From Squalus acanthias (Eukaryota), in contig JASTWF010000069.1 of the NCBI GenBank assembly GCA_030390025.1, positions 434,001-498,000 on the forward strand: a DNA stretch of 64,000 nt, read 5' to 3'. The notes under the pieces were generated by a model. It was not told the origin of the DNA and did no database searches. It was given only the letters and a program-made list of their open reading frames with translations. The translations under genes and the position numbers were made by a program. Shown piece after piece: positions 26,530 to 40,040 of this stretch (positions are counted from its first letter, which is position 1; every line of letters starts with the position of its first letter).

Positions 26530-26972
26530 CACTGTTGGCGGGGCAGTACTGAGGGAGTGCCGCACTGTCGGAGGGGCAGTACTGAGGGAGCGCCGCACTG
26601 TCGGAGGGGCAGTACTGAGGGAGCGCTGCACTGTCGGAGGGGCAGTACTGAGGGAGCGCCGCACTGTCGGAGGGGCAGTACTGAGGGAGCGCCTGCACTG
26701 TCGGAGGGGCAGTACTGAGGGAGCGCCGCACTGTCGGAGGGGCAGTACTGAGGGAGCGCCGCACTGTCGGAGGGGCAGTACTGAGGGAGCGCCGCACTGT
26801 CGGAGGGGCAGTACTGAGGGAGAGCCGCACTGTCGGAGGGGCAGTACTGAGGGAGCGCCGCACTGTCGGAGGGGCAGTACTGAGGGAGTGCCGCACTGTC
26901 GGAGGGGCAGTACTGAGGGAGCGCCGCACTGTCGGAGGGGCAGTACTGAGGGAGCGCTGCACTGTCGGAGGT
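26530..26972 (+). repeat. 33-bp minisatellite followed by DeuSINE body (short inverted partner at ~29485-29624)
   Basis: Same unit, G-rich on +. Confidence 0.95.
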
Positions 26973-27904
26973 GCCGTCTTTCGGATGAGACGTTAAACCG
27001 AGGCCCCTCGGGTGGACGACCATCATTTCAAAGAAGAGCAGGGGAGTTCTCCCCGTGTCCTCAGGCCAATATTTATCCCTCAAGCAACATCCAAAACAGA
27101 TTAACTGGTCATTTATCTCAGTGCTGTTTGTGGGACCTTGCTGTGTGTAAAGTGAAAAAACTGAAAATGGGAATTACCTTTCCGAGATACATTGGACTGT
27201 TGGTTGGGGGTCTCTCCTCGTGTTGCTATGATTTGGGTCATGTTTGACTGTCCGTGTGGCCTCTAGACACACTACTTCTGATTGCAAGCATTCTCCAGGA
27301 TCAACTCGACCTTCCTCAATCATTGCGATTGAGTTTACTTCAGTGTCCCTTGAGAAAGTGTTGGCGGGCCTTCTTCTTGAACCGCCGCCATCCCGTGTGG
27401 TGAAGGTGCTCCCGCGGCACCGTTAGGTCGGGAGTTGCGGGATTTTGAACCGGCGACGATGACGGAACGGCCGATATATCTCCAAGTCGGGGACGGTGAG
27501 TGTGTGACTCGGAGGGGGAACTTGGAGGCGATGGTGTTCCCATGCGCCGGCTGTCCTTGTCCTTCCAGGAGTGGTGCTGGAGGTGACGTGTTTGGGAGGT
27601 TTTGTCGAAGAATGTGGCACTGGGCACAGAAGAGAAAGAAGACTTGTTATCCTCCTTGTCCTGTCACCCTCCTCCAGGAAGCCTCAATCCCAGCCAATAA
27701 ACTCATTCTTTCCCCCAAAAAAGCCTTCTTTAGAGTAAATCCAACTCCTTCTCTCATCTCATTAAACATTTCCCCCCCAACAGCTCCTTCTCTGGGCTTC
27801 CTGAATGTGTTTTTCCCCCAATAGACTGAGCTTTCTGAAGTTGGCCATTGAGTTTGACCTTTCACCTCCCAGCCCACTTTCCAATTTAAACACTTTTTTC
27901 TGCC

Positions 27905-28130
27905 AACGGTTTCTGCTCGCGCCGGTCGCGGGCCGGGAGGCAGCCGGCCAATCAGGTGCCGGGGATCGCTGTCACTCACCGTCCGCTCTGGCCCCGCCCC
28001 CCACTACGCCAGCTGATCCACTAGGGGCGGGGTCACAGTTGGCGGTGCGGCCCGCTGAGTGACAGCGCTCTCCTGCCCCTGATTGGCTGGCTGCCACCCG
28101 GCCCGCGACGGGCGCGAGCAGAAGCCGTTG
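27905..28130. promoter_or_regulatory. CpG-rich symmetric promoter-like element at the palindrome centre
   Basis: Mirror-image CCAAT boxes (~27948, ~28082) and GC boxes (~27993, ~28024). Confidence 0.4.
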
Positions 28131-29624
28131 GGGGAAAAAACGGTTCAAATTGGAAAGTGGGCTGGGAGGTGAAAGGTCAAACTCAATGGCCAACTTCAGA
28201 AAGCTCAGTCTATTGGGGGAAAAACACATTCAGGAAGCCCAGAGAAGGAGCTGTTGGGGGGAAATGTTTAATGAGATGGGAGAAGCAGTTGGATTTACTC
28301 CAAAGGAAGATTTTTTAGTGAAAGAATGAGTTTATTGGCTGGGATTGAGGCTTCCTGGAGGAGGGTGACAGGACAAGGAGGATAACAAGTCTTCTTTCTC
28401 TTCTGTGCCCAGTGCCACATTCTTCGACAAAACCTCCCAAACACGTCACCTCCAGCACCACTCCTGGAAGGACAAGGACAGCCGGCGCATGGGAACACCA
28501 TCACCTCCGAGTCACACACTCACCGTCCCCGACTTGGAGATATATCGGCCGTTCCATCATCGTCGCCGGTTCAAAATCCCGCAACTCCCGACCTAACGGC
28601 GCCGCGGGAGCACCTTCACCACACGGGATGGTGGCGGTTCAAGAAGAAGGCCCGCCAACACTTTCTCAAGGGACGACAAGGGATGGGCAATAAATGCCGG
28701 CCTTGCCAGCAACATCTCGAGAATTATTATTTCAAAAATGTGGCAACTCATTCGTTCCACTGCTTTTACATCCAGTAGATTGTGCTCCATTATGAAGACC
28801 CTTTTTATATGGACGGGTCCTTAGCCTGATGAACAATGCCCTACCAGGAGGGTCCGGCTAGATACGATGGGTGTCGGGTTGACACTCCGCTCCCATCGGG
28901 CACCAGAACCTCGCTGGATGTCAACCCAGTATTCAGAGACTGGAATTCTCGCCTCCGCTCGCCAGGGTAGAGGTAACAAGTAGGGATCGGAATAAAGAGG
29001 TAAAAAGGTGTCTGGTGAAAAAGCCACAGCCATGAGGAGGTTCAATGTGTCTCAGATACTGGAACAAGCCCAGCAGCAACAAATGGAGGGTTCAATGTGT
29101 CCTGGACACTGAAGTAAACTCAATCGCAATGATTGAGGAAGGTCGAGTTGATCCTGGAGAATGCTTGCAATCAGAAGTAGTGTGTCTAGAGGCCACACGG
29201 ACAGTCAAACATGATCCAAATCATAGCAACACGAGGAGAGACCCCCAACCAACAGTCCAATGAATCTCGGAAAGGTAATTCCCATTTTCAGTTTTTTCAC
29301 TTTACACACAGCAAGGTCCCACAAACAGCACTGAGATAAATGACCAGTTAATCTGTTTTGGATGTTGCTTGAGGGATAAATATTGGCCTGAGGACACCGG
29401 GGAGAACTCCCCTGCTCTTCTTTGAAATGATGGCCGTCCACCCGAGAGGCCTTGTTTAACGTCTCATCCGAAAGACGGCACCTGCGACAGTGCGGCACTC
29501 CCTCAGTACTGCCCCTCCGACAGTGCGGCGCTCCCTCAGTACTGCCCCTCCGACAGTGCGGCGCTCCCTCAGTACTGCCCCTCCGACAGTGCGGCGCTCC
29601 CTCAGTACTGCCCCTCCGACAGTG

Positions 29625-29774
29625 CATCGCTCCCATCGACAAACTTGTGCAAAACTTCACGGCCGGGTATTTGCCAAAGTACTTGTAAATCTGGGACTGG
29701 GGCATTCCCTTTGTAGGTACAGGGCAGCACAACCTGCCCCCCAAGGAACCCAGAAACTGTGACAGGCGAAGAAC
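29625..29774 (-). pseudogene. Truncated IgV exon copy (inverted partner of 26380)
   Basis: GSSPVTVSGFLGGQVVLPCTYKG…WQIPGREVLHKFVDGSD, then the 33-bp array. Confidence 0.85.
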
Positions 29775-32505
29775 CTGGAAAAGATTCAAAGTATTTATCC
29801 TCAGGTATAACCCTCCCTGCTGGACATTACATACCAAGCTTCACAGGGATACACGGCAAGAAGCTCTGGGACCAATAACTCACTGCTTTCACTGCTGGGG
29901 GAAGGTGACACACAGCCCGGGGTCAGGGTCCCTCTCCCTCTCCCTCTCCCAGGGTGGGGAAAGAGCCTCAGTGAGTTTGTTACTGACTGGGTGAGGCAGA
30001 GGGGAGCACCGACACATCGCTCGCTGATCACACCAAGGGGGAGCGCCAGCCGACCTATCCAGGGCCGGGGAGCCGCCACTCTTCCCCTCCCACCTCGCGA
30101 CCTAGGGGGCGCGCACAGGGCGGGAGCGCTCAGCCCACTCTGGCTCCGCCCTCCCATCGCTCGCTGATCCACAAGGAGTCTCTCCCTCACTGTGTTTGTC
30201 TCTGTAACAGGCTCAGTCCGTGTGTTCAGAGCCGGAGATAGACGGAGAGACAGACCGAGCCCCCAGTCCCCCCGCCCATATCAGTTTGCAGCATCCAGAC
30301 ATCAAACCGCGGCAGGTTAGCCTGACACCCTGTAAAGGTCTTGGTTACATCTGTGCTGTGTGGAGACTGAATTTGTGATTCGAGCCACACAGAGTCCCGG
30401 AGGCCGGTCTCTCTCCCTCCCCGCAGCGCCGAGACCCTTGTGGGAAATACAGGTTTAAACAGAGCAGAACTATCGAATATTTAGCAACATAAAACACTTT
30501 GATGTCCACTTGACCTGATGTTTGCAGCGACAGTCAAAGCTTTGTATTGAAGCAATTCTAGCGGCGAGATGTGATGGGCCAATTTCCCATCTACAATTTC
30601 AGTTTACACTTTAATTGGGCGCAAATCTTCTTTGCATTTTATGTTGTTAAAAATGCAGAGAAACCAATTGCCAACCAGCCTGTTCCTGGTGGCTTGTACT
30701 GTACTCATCAGATCATAAATTAGAATAGAAACCGCCCAGATTGTGTCAGAAATCCGCCCTCAGAAAACCCTGTGATCTTTTTAAACTCCCCTATCAATAC
30801 ATGTGATGCAATAAATTGATATCCTCCGAAAGAGCGGGGCTTTAAAACAAATCCGGTTAAAGAAGTTCAGCTAGAGACCCTTTCCAGAAATTAAACTTAT
30901 CCACCCATTCATTTTCAAGCAGTTTCTTTTGAACAGAGGACGGGTTAGCTCGCTGTGTTTGACGAGGTGGAGAGAGAGAGAGTACTTCATGGCAAAGAGT
31001 TTCTGCATCTGAATTTACTGCACATTCTCCTCCTGAAGATGACTTGTGGGGATCCTGTTCACAATGTCCAGAGAACTCCCGGATTAAACTGCCTCTGCAC
31101 CCGGGGCTGGGCCCTGTCCTGGAATGAACAGTAATTGACATCAAAGGTCAGGCCCGGATCCACTGGATCCACAGGACAGGTGAGCCCACCCTCATCAACC
31201 TGGTCTAAAATGTACAGGACCCCAGCTAAAGTTAGCCAACCGATTCCCCAACCTTACTCGCCTATTCCCCACAAACTGCAAACATTCATAACTCACCCAG
31301 AACATTTGCCCGGGACAGTCGAGTCTCCGGCTCAGTCTGACACTGGTACAAGGTTTCTTTTGGTCGACTGTGACGCATGCAAGGCTCGATTGAAACAACC
31401 CAACACTCGCATGGCTTAAATCATCTCGCCTCATATCTCGGAAAGGTGAGGTCCAATCAGACTGCTTTCCTTCAATTTACATTCATAAACATTACCTCGA
31501 CACAAAACCATTGCAACTAAAGCATTTGGAGGAATAGAATTCAAAAGCTGAGAAGTGAAGCTCGGAAACACACAAAGGGTGGTAGAAGTTTGGAACTCTC
31601 TTCCACAAACGGCAATTGATGCTGGGCCAATTGTTAATTTTAAATCGGAGATTAATGGCTTTTTTTTACCAAAGGTATTAAGGGATATGGGGCAAAGGCG
31701 GGTGGATGGAGTTAGGTCACAGATCAGCCATGATCTCATTGAATGTGGAACAGGCTCGAGGGGCTGAATGGCCTCCTCCTGTTCCTATTTTCCTGGACCA
31801 CATTTGGAATATTGTGTTTTCTCTGGGAATGCCGTTACAGGAAGGATATTAGAGCCTTGGAGAGGGAACCGTGAAGGTTCCCTAGAATGATGCCAGGAAT
31901 GAAAAGCTGTAATGATAAAGGAAGGCTCAGAATGGGACTTCTTGATATCGAATTACATCGAGTGTGCAGCACAGACACAGGCCATTTATAGGGGAGGTTT
32001 CATGTAGTTAAAGTGGAGTTTAAAAAGATCACAGGGTTTTCGGAGGGCAGATTTCCGAAACACTCGGAGGAATTTCTCTTATTATTGAGGTCCGTTTCTC
32101 AGACAACAAGAACAGGTTTTGTTTTAACTCTATCAGGGGCAAAGCTATGTGCTGACTTGAACTGCGAGCAGGAATTGTGGTGAAATTTCCAAAATATTAT
32201 CGGGAGGGATGTGTCAATAAAATTGGGTCAGTGAAACTGGCTCCTGTGTTTCCCGTGTGTCTTCTGTTGATAAACATTTCGATTGAACGAGAGTTTATAT
32301 TTACAAGCGAGTGACTGTTAAAATCTGTTCATGAGACAGGGACTGATCTGATCTGCACTCTGCAACACTGAACATCTTGTCTTTACAGACACATTTTGTG
32401 CCGCTTTTGTGCAGATTGAATGGTCCATTTGCTTATTTCCCAATTCACAGATGTAGGTTTCACTCTCAAACACGTGTAGGTGTGAATTTCAGTGCAGGAA
32501 GCGCT

Positions 32506-32850
32506 GGGACACGGGTCCCATCCCGGTTCAGATGGAGACCCGTCCCATCGGCACCAGCTCCTTCCTGTCCCAGAACTGGTGCCAGTGTCCCATGAAAAGG
32601 AACCTCTTTCCCACACCGGCCCTTTAGCCACCTGTTCATTCTCCTGATCTCTCTGCTTCTGTGACAATTTGCACGTGGCTCGGGCAATAATCCAGAGATT
32701 ATTACCCTGGAGGTCCTGCTTTTTAATTTATATCCCAGCTCCTGATACTCTTTCAGCAGGACCTCCTCCCTGTTCCTACCTATGTCGCTCGTTCCAACAT
32801 GGACCAGGACAACTGGATTTACCCCCTCCCTTCCCAATCTGACTATTCCT
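32506..32850 (-). mobile_element. CR1 ORF1 SGNH-esterase fragment
   Basis: VVLVHVGTSDIGR…VIISGLLPEPRA…GLHLNRDG. Confidence 0.8.
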
Positions 32851-35067
32851 CTCAACCAGAATCACTGTCCGGGTGAATGGACTTCTCAAATCAGAGGTCT
32901 ACATTTCCCCAACCTATCCCTTGATTGCTAAATCATCATTTACCATCAAACATTGTTGCTAAATTCAACATTTTTCATTCGTTCAATTCACTCCCAGAAC
33001 AGGCGGAAAAGCCTCTCGGTTTTAGGGCTGAACATTTAATTTTAAATGTGGAATACGGAGAGGGTCAGACGGATAATCTCACTGGTGATAAATCCCGAAA
33101 CTGGATGACTCGGATTTTAATGCAAATTTTGAGCCATCTTTTGTTCTTGGTTCCCAGACACAACTGACGGGGAATAAAGTGGAAATCTAAAGGAGCAGTA
33201 ACTGGATTACACAGGGACATTAATATTTAACTGATTATTATGGTCTGTGCGCTTCCTGCACTGAAATTCACACCTACACGTGTTTGAGAGTGAAACCTAC
33301 ATCTGTGAATTGGGAAATAAGCAAATGGACCATTCAATCTGCACAAAATCGGGATAAAATGTGTCTGTAAAGACAAGATGTTCAGTGTTGCAGAGTGCAG
33401 ATCAGATCAGTCCCTGTCTCATGAACAGATTTTAACACAGCCACTCGCTTGTAAATATAAACTCTGGTTCAATCGAAATGTTTATCAACAGAAGACACAC
33501 GGGAAACACAGGAGCCAGTTTCACTGACCCAATTTTATTGACACATCCCTCCCGATAATATTTTGGAAATTTCACCACAATTCCTGCTCGCAGTTCAAGT
33601 CAGCACATAGCTTTGGCCCTGATAGAGTTAAAACAAAACCTGATCTTGTTGTCTGAGAAACTGATCTCAATGAGAAGAGAAATTCCTCCGAGTGTGTCAG
33701 ACACGGCTCTCAGGAAACATCACCATCTTACACCCACACAGTGTGCAAGTAATTCCTCACCAACCCAATACACAGGGTGTGAGCAATGGCTTTAACCCTA
33801 ACCTCTGTTATAATTTGCCCTCACTTGTTAGAAAACCAGTAATGAAAGCTCCTGTCCCCACTGCACCCTCCAATGTAGATTATTTCCACCTTCACCACGA
33901 TAGAAGATTTCAGAAAAATAAATATTGGCCGATTAAAAATAACGATTGAACAATTGGAAAAACTCGACATTTCACAAACAAATCGACTCACACGAGCAGC
34001 GTCAGGGAGGGAATCATCAGTGACTCTTGCAATCTCTAAAAGGATTCATTTTAATCCTCACAAACACATCACATTCAATATCATCAGTCAATTTACAATA
34101 TATTCATCCCCTTGTGGGAAATACAGGTTTAAACAGAGCAGAACTAGCGAATAATTAGCAACATAAAACTCTTCGATGTCCACTTGACCTGATGTTTGCA
34201 GCTTGATGTTTAGAGCGGGGTTTAAAACAAATCCGGTTAAAGAAGTTCAGCTAGAGACCCTTTCCAGAAATTAAACTTATCCATCCATTCATTTTCAAGC
34301 AGTTTCTTTTGAACAGAGGACGGGTTAGCTCGCTGTGTTTGACGAGGTGGAGAGAGTACTTCATGGCAATGAGTTTTTGAATCTGAATTTACTGCACATT
34401 CTCCTCCTGAAGATGACTTGTCTAAGATGATCAGAGCCCCACCCAAAAGCCAAATTGTGCGGATGCTGGAAACCTTGTTCCAGCTCTGATGAAGGTCCAT
34501 CGAGCTGAAACGTTAACTCTGTGTCTCTCTCCACTGATGCTAATACCTGAGCTGCTGACTGTTTCCAGCACTCTCTGTTATTAATCCCCATCCTTACTCG
34601 CCTGTTTTCCCCACAAACTGCAAATATTCAGGACTTACCCAGATCATTTTGGCCGGACAGTCGAGTCTCCAGCTCAGTGTTAAACTGGTGCAAGTTAGAA
34701 GGTGTCTGCTGCCGACTGTGACTCACCCCAAGCTGGGCGCGGCTGTTCGAACAACCCAACACTCATCAACCACAACACCTTGCATTCAGACAAAAATTTC
34801 ACACCGAACCACAATGTGAGAAACGCGGCAGCTAATTTGCGTACAGCAAGCTCCCACAAACAGTAATGTAAAAGTAACCAGGTCATCTGTTTTAGTGAAG
34901 TTGGTTGAGAGATAAATATTGGCCCCAGGACACCGGGGAGAACTCCGCCCCCCCCCCCCCCCCCCCACACCCCCTGCTCTTCTACATAGTGGCTGTGAGA
35001 TCTTTTACATCCACCTGAGGGGGCAGACGGGGCTTTGGTTTAACATCTCATCCGAAAGACGGCACTT

Positions 35068-35930
35068 CCGACAGTGCAGCGCTCTCTCAGTACTGCCCCT
35101 CAGACAGTGCGGCGCTCCGTCAGTACTGCTCCTCCAACAGTGCGACGCTCCGTCAGTACTGCCCCTCCGACAGTGCGGCGCTCCCTCAGTACTGCCCCTC
35201 CGACAGTGCAGCGCTCCCTCAGTACCGCCCCTCCGACAGTGCGGCGCTCCCTCAGTACTGCCCCTCCGACAGTGCAGCGCTCCCTCAGTACCGCCCCTCC
35301 GACAGTGCGACGCTCCCTCAGTACTGCCCCTCCGACAGTGCAGCGCTCCCTCAGTACTGCCCCTCCGACAGTGAGGCGCTCCCTCAGTACTGCCCCTCCG
35401 ACAGTGCGACGCTCCCACAGTACTGCCCCTCCAACAGTGCAGCGCTCCCTCAGTACTGCCCCTCCGACAGTGAGGCGCTCCCTCAGTACTGACCCTCCGA
35501 CAGTACAGCACTCCCTCAGTACTGCCCCTCCGACAGTGCGGCACTCCCTCAGTACCGCCCCTCCGACAGTGCGACGCTCCCTCAGTACTGCCCCTCCGAC
35601 AGTGCGGCGCTCCCTCAGTACTGACCCTCCGACAGTACAGCACTCCCTCAGTACTGCCCCTCCGACAGTACAGCACTCCCTCAGTACTGCCCCTCCGACA
35701 GTGCGGCGCTCCCTCAGTACCGCCCCTCCGACAGTGCGGCGCTCCCTCAGTACTGCCCCTCCGACAGTGTAGCGCTCCCTCAGTACCGCCCCTCCGACAG
35801 TGCGGCGCTCCCTCAGTACTGCCCCTCCGACAGTGCGGCGCTCCCTCAGTACTGCTCCTCCGACAGTGCGGCGCTCCCTCAGTACTGCCCCTCCGACAGT
35901 GCGGCGCTACCTCAGTACCGCCCCTCTGAC
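35068..35930 (-). repeat. 33-bp minisatellite attached to DeuSINE body (~34810-35068)
   Basis: Same unit. Confidence 0.95.
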
Positions 35931-36404
35931 ATGTGTCTCTACAGGTACCTTTTGTACATTTGAAATCGCTCTACCAATATTTTCCATTGGAGGCCTGTCC
36001 CTCTCTGAGAAGCCTGGGTGTAAATTTATATGTTGTCTGCTGAATACCTAGCGACAGCCCGGTAGCAGACTGCAAGTCCCAATGGCTCCAGCGAGAGGGC
36101 CAAACCATTCTCATGCTCTCTTTGCTTTTCACTGTTTAATACAAAGGCTGTTAAAAAGGCACACGGGATCCTTTGCTTTATAAATAGAGGCTTAGAGTAC
36201 AAATGCAAGGAAGTTATTACTAACCCTTTGTAAACCACTTGTTAGGCCCCAGCTGGAGTCCAATTCTGGGCACCACACACTTTTAGGAAGCATGCCAAAG
36301 CCTTAGAGGAGATTTTATTGGAATGGTGCCAGGGATGAGGGATTCAGTGATAGAAGAAACATAGAAACATAGAAAATTAGGAGCAGGAGTCGGCCATTAC
36401 TACA

Positions 36405-37755
36405 GGAACCAAAACAACAACCACAACTTGTATTTATATAGCGCCTTTAACGTAGTAAAAGATCCCAAGGCGCTGCACAGGAGTATTTTAAGACAAAAAA
36501 TTTGACACCGATCCACATAAGGATGAATTAGGGCAGGTGACCAAAAACTTGGTCAAAGAGGTAGGTTTTAAGGAGCGTCTTAAAGGAGGCAAGAGAGGTA
36601 GCGAGGCGGAGAGGTTTAGGGAGGGAATTCCAGAGCTTAGGGCCTGGGCAACAGAAGGCACGGCCACCAATGGTTGAGCGATTATAATCAGGGATGCTCA
36701 AGAGGTCAGAATTAGAGGTCCGCAGATATCTCAGGGGGTTGTGGGGCTGGAGAACGTTACAGAGATAGGGAGGGGGGCGAGGCCATGGAGGGATTTGAAA
36801 TCAAGGATGAGAATTTTGAAATCGAGGCACTGCTTAACCGGGAGCCAATGTAGGTCAGCGAGCACAGGGGTGATGGGCGAACGGGACTCAGTGCGAGTTT
36901 TAGATGACCTCAAGTTTACGTAGGGTGGAATGTGGGAGGCCGGCCAGGAGTGCGTTGGAATAGTCAAGTCTAGAGGTCACAAAGGCATGGATGAGGGTTT
37001 CAGCAGCAGATGAGCTGAGACAAGGGCAGAGACGGGCGATGTTATGGAGGTGGAAGTAGGCGGTCTTAGTTATGCTGCAGATATGTGGTCGGAAGCTCAT
37101 TTCAGGGTCAAATATGACACCAAGGTTGCGAACAGTGTGGTTCAGCCTCAGACAGATGTTAGGGAGAGGGATGGAGTCAGTGGCTAGGGAACGGAGTTTG
37201 TGGCGGGGACCGAAAACAATGGCTTCGGTTTTCCCAATATTTAATTGGAGAAAATTTTAGCTCATCCAGAACTGTATGTCGGACAAGCAGTCTGACAATT
37301 TAGGGACCGTGGAGGGGTCGAGAGAAGAAGTAGTGAGGTAGAGCTGGAGATATTAGGGCAGGTGACCAAAAGCTGGGTCAAAGAGGTAGGTTTTAAGGAG
37401 CGTCTTAAAGGAGGAGAGAGAGAGGCGGAGAGGTTTAGGGAGGGAATTCCAGAGCTTGGGGCCCAGGCGGCTGAAGGCACGGCCGCCAATGGTGGAGCGA
37501 TGGAAATCGGGGGATGCGCAAGAGGCCAGAATTGGAGGAGCGCAGAGATCTCGGAGGGTTGTAGTGGCTGGAGGAGGTTACAGAGATAGGGAGGGAGGTG
37601 CGAGGAGGCCGCGGAGGGATTTGAACACGAGGATGAGAATTTTAAAATCGAGGCGTTGCCGGACCGGGAGCCAGTGTGGGTCAGCGAGCACAGGGGTGAT
37701 GGGTGAACGGGACTTGGTGCGAGTTAGGACACGGGGCAGCAGAGTTTTGGATGAG
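36405..37755 (-). mobile_element. L2 LINE 3' fragments (others near 3178-3495 -, 5585-5905 -, 7280-7612 +, 17330-17662 +, 19660-20305 +, 41212-41795 -, 53515-53835 +)
   Basis: AETLIHAFVTSRLDYSNALL and LHWLPV motifs; (ttg)n tail. Confidence 0.85.
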
Positions 37756-38769
37756 CGTGAGTTCAGAGGGTGGATCATTTCGCCAACTGATCCCAAACTC
37801 GTATAACTGTCGGTTTCCACTGATGCTTCACTCACCAGTTGTAGACCAGGAAGAGCTTCCCAATTCATCTGCGTGTAACTCCTTGGAGGGAGCAGGTTTC
37901 AAGCGAAGCTCTGATCCTCTGGGCCCGGCCAATATCCAACACCAGCCATTCTCTCCGTGAAGTCCTCCTCCATCGGAAGGCAGCTTTCAGAGTCGTTTTG
38001 GAACCATTAATGCTCTTTGGGTAGATGTTCCTCCGGCCCATTCTTCCAGTTTGGAGGAGCGTCTCCAAGTGGTAAGGGTGGCTGCAAAGAGGAGAAGCGA
38101 CTGGCTGATATCAACTCGTGGTATTTAGGACAGGGACACCACTCCTGTGGCCAGCAACGATTGCGGCCTGGTGCAATGAAGTCCGTGCTAGATTGATCCC
38201 GAGGATGAGAGGGCTGTCCTATGAGGAGAGATTGAGTAGATTGGGCCGATACTCTCTGGTGTTTAGAAGAACGTAAGAACATGAGAAATAGGAGCAGGAG
38301 TTGGCCATTCGGCCCCTCGAGCCTGCTCCGCCATTCAATGAGATCATGGCTGGTCTGATCTTGGCCTCAACTCCACTTTCCCACCTGTTCCCCATAACCC
38401 TCGACTCCCCTGTAGCTCAAACATCTGTCTATCTCCGCCTTGAATATATTCAATGACTCCGCCTCCACAGCTCCCGGTGATCTCATTGAAACATATCAAA
38501 TTCTTAGAGGGGATTGACAGGGTAGAGACTGAGAGGATGTTTCCCCTGGCTGGAGAGTCTAGAACTTGGGGAGCACAGTCTCAGGATAGGGGGTCGGCCA
38601 TTTAGGACTGAGATGAGGAGGAATTTCTTCACTCAGAGGGTGGTGAATCTTTGGAATTCTCTGCCTCAGAGGGCTGTGGAGGCTCAGTCGTTGAGGATAT
38701 TCAAGGCTGAGATCGATAGATTTTTGGACTCCAGGGGAATCAAGGGATTTTAAAAAAAAAGTATTTGTT

Positions 38770-39415
38770 TTTATGGGATCTGGGCGTCGCTGGCAAGGCC
38801 AGCATTTATTGCCCATCCCTAGTTGCCCCTTGAGAAGGTGGTGGTGAGCCGCCTTCTTGAACCACTGCAGTCCGTGTGGTGAAGGTGCTCCCACAGTGCT
38901 GTTAGGGAGGGAGTTCCAGGATTTTGACCCAGCGACGATGAAGGAACGGCCGATATATTTCCAAGTCAGGATGGTGTGTGACTTGGAGGGGAACTTGGAG
39001 GTGGTGGTGTTCCCATGCGCCTGCTGCCCTTGTCCTTCTAGGTGGAAGAGGTCGCGGGTTTGGGAGGTGCTGCCGAAGAAGCCTTGGCGAGTTGCTGCAG
39101 TGCATCTTGTAGATGGTGCACACTGCAGCCACGGTACGCCGGTGGTGGAGGGAGTGAATGTTTAAGGTGGTGGATGGGGTACCGATCAAGCGGGCTGCTT
39201 TGTCCTGGATGGTGTCGAGCTTCTTGAGTGTTGTTGGAGCTGCACTCATCCAGGCAAGTGGAGAGTATTCCATCACACTCCTGACTTGTGCCTTGTAGAT
39301 GGTGGAAAGGCTTTGGGGAGTCAGGAGGTGAGACACTTGCTGCAGAATACCCAGCCTCTGACCTGCTCTTGTGGCCACAGTATTAATGTGGCTGGTCCAG
39401 TTAAGTTTCTGGTCA
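38770..39415 (-). mobile_element. RT 3' fragment of a second CR1-group LINE family (pieces also near 5925-6290, 23470-23755, 27345-27595, 28430-28715)
   Basis: IYKAQVRSVMEYSPLAWMSAAPTTLKKLDTIQDKAARLI. Confidence 0.75.
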
Positions 39416-39474
39416 ATTGAGATAGTGCAGGAAAGTGGAGATGAGGTCGAAGATCAGCCATGATCTCATTGATC

Positions 39475-40040
39475 AAGCGTTCTCCAAGGCGGCCTTCGAG
39501 ACACACGACAACGCAAAATCATCGAGCAGAAACTGATAGCCAAGTTCCGCACCCATGAGGACGGCCTCAACCGAGATCTTGGGTTCATGTCACGCTACAT
39601 GACGTAGAGTCATCCAGACTCGAGTCGTCGTTGGCTTGTTCACAGATGTGATTTCCAGTTTAAAAAAAAGTAAAAATTTTAAAGTTTATGGTTTTTTTAC
39701 AGACTGCATTTGACACATTAGACCCCCTGTAACCCCACCTCATTGTCTTAGCTGTATCTTGCTATGTCTTTGATATAATGCCTTCCTGACCTGATTGTTT
39801 CTCTGCCGAGGTGTGATAAAAGGCAGTCAGCAAGATTAACTGTAGTCGTCTGACATTGTACGCTACACAGGCATTGCTCGCTGTCTATATATGCTGTGCC
39901 GATTCGTATTCCTTCACTTCACCTGACGAAGGGGCAGCAGCTCCGAAAGCTTGTGATTTCAAATAAAACTGTTGGACTATAACCTGGTGTTGTGCGACTT
40001 CTCACTTTTGTCCACCCCAGACCAACACCGGCATCTCCGC
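39475..40040 (+). mobile_element. Penelope-like element 3' end, second copy
   Basis: Same peptide; ctgacga…gaaa at 39923-39948. Confidence 0.7.
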
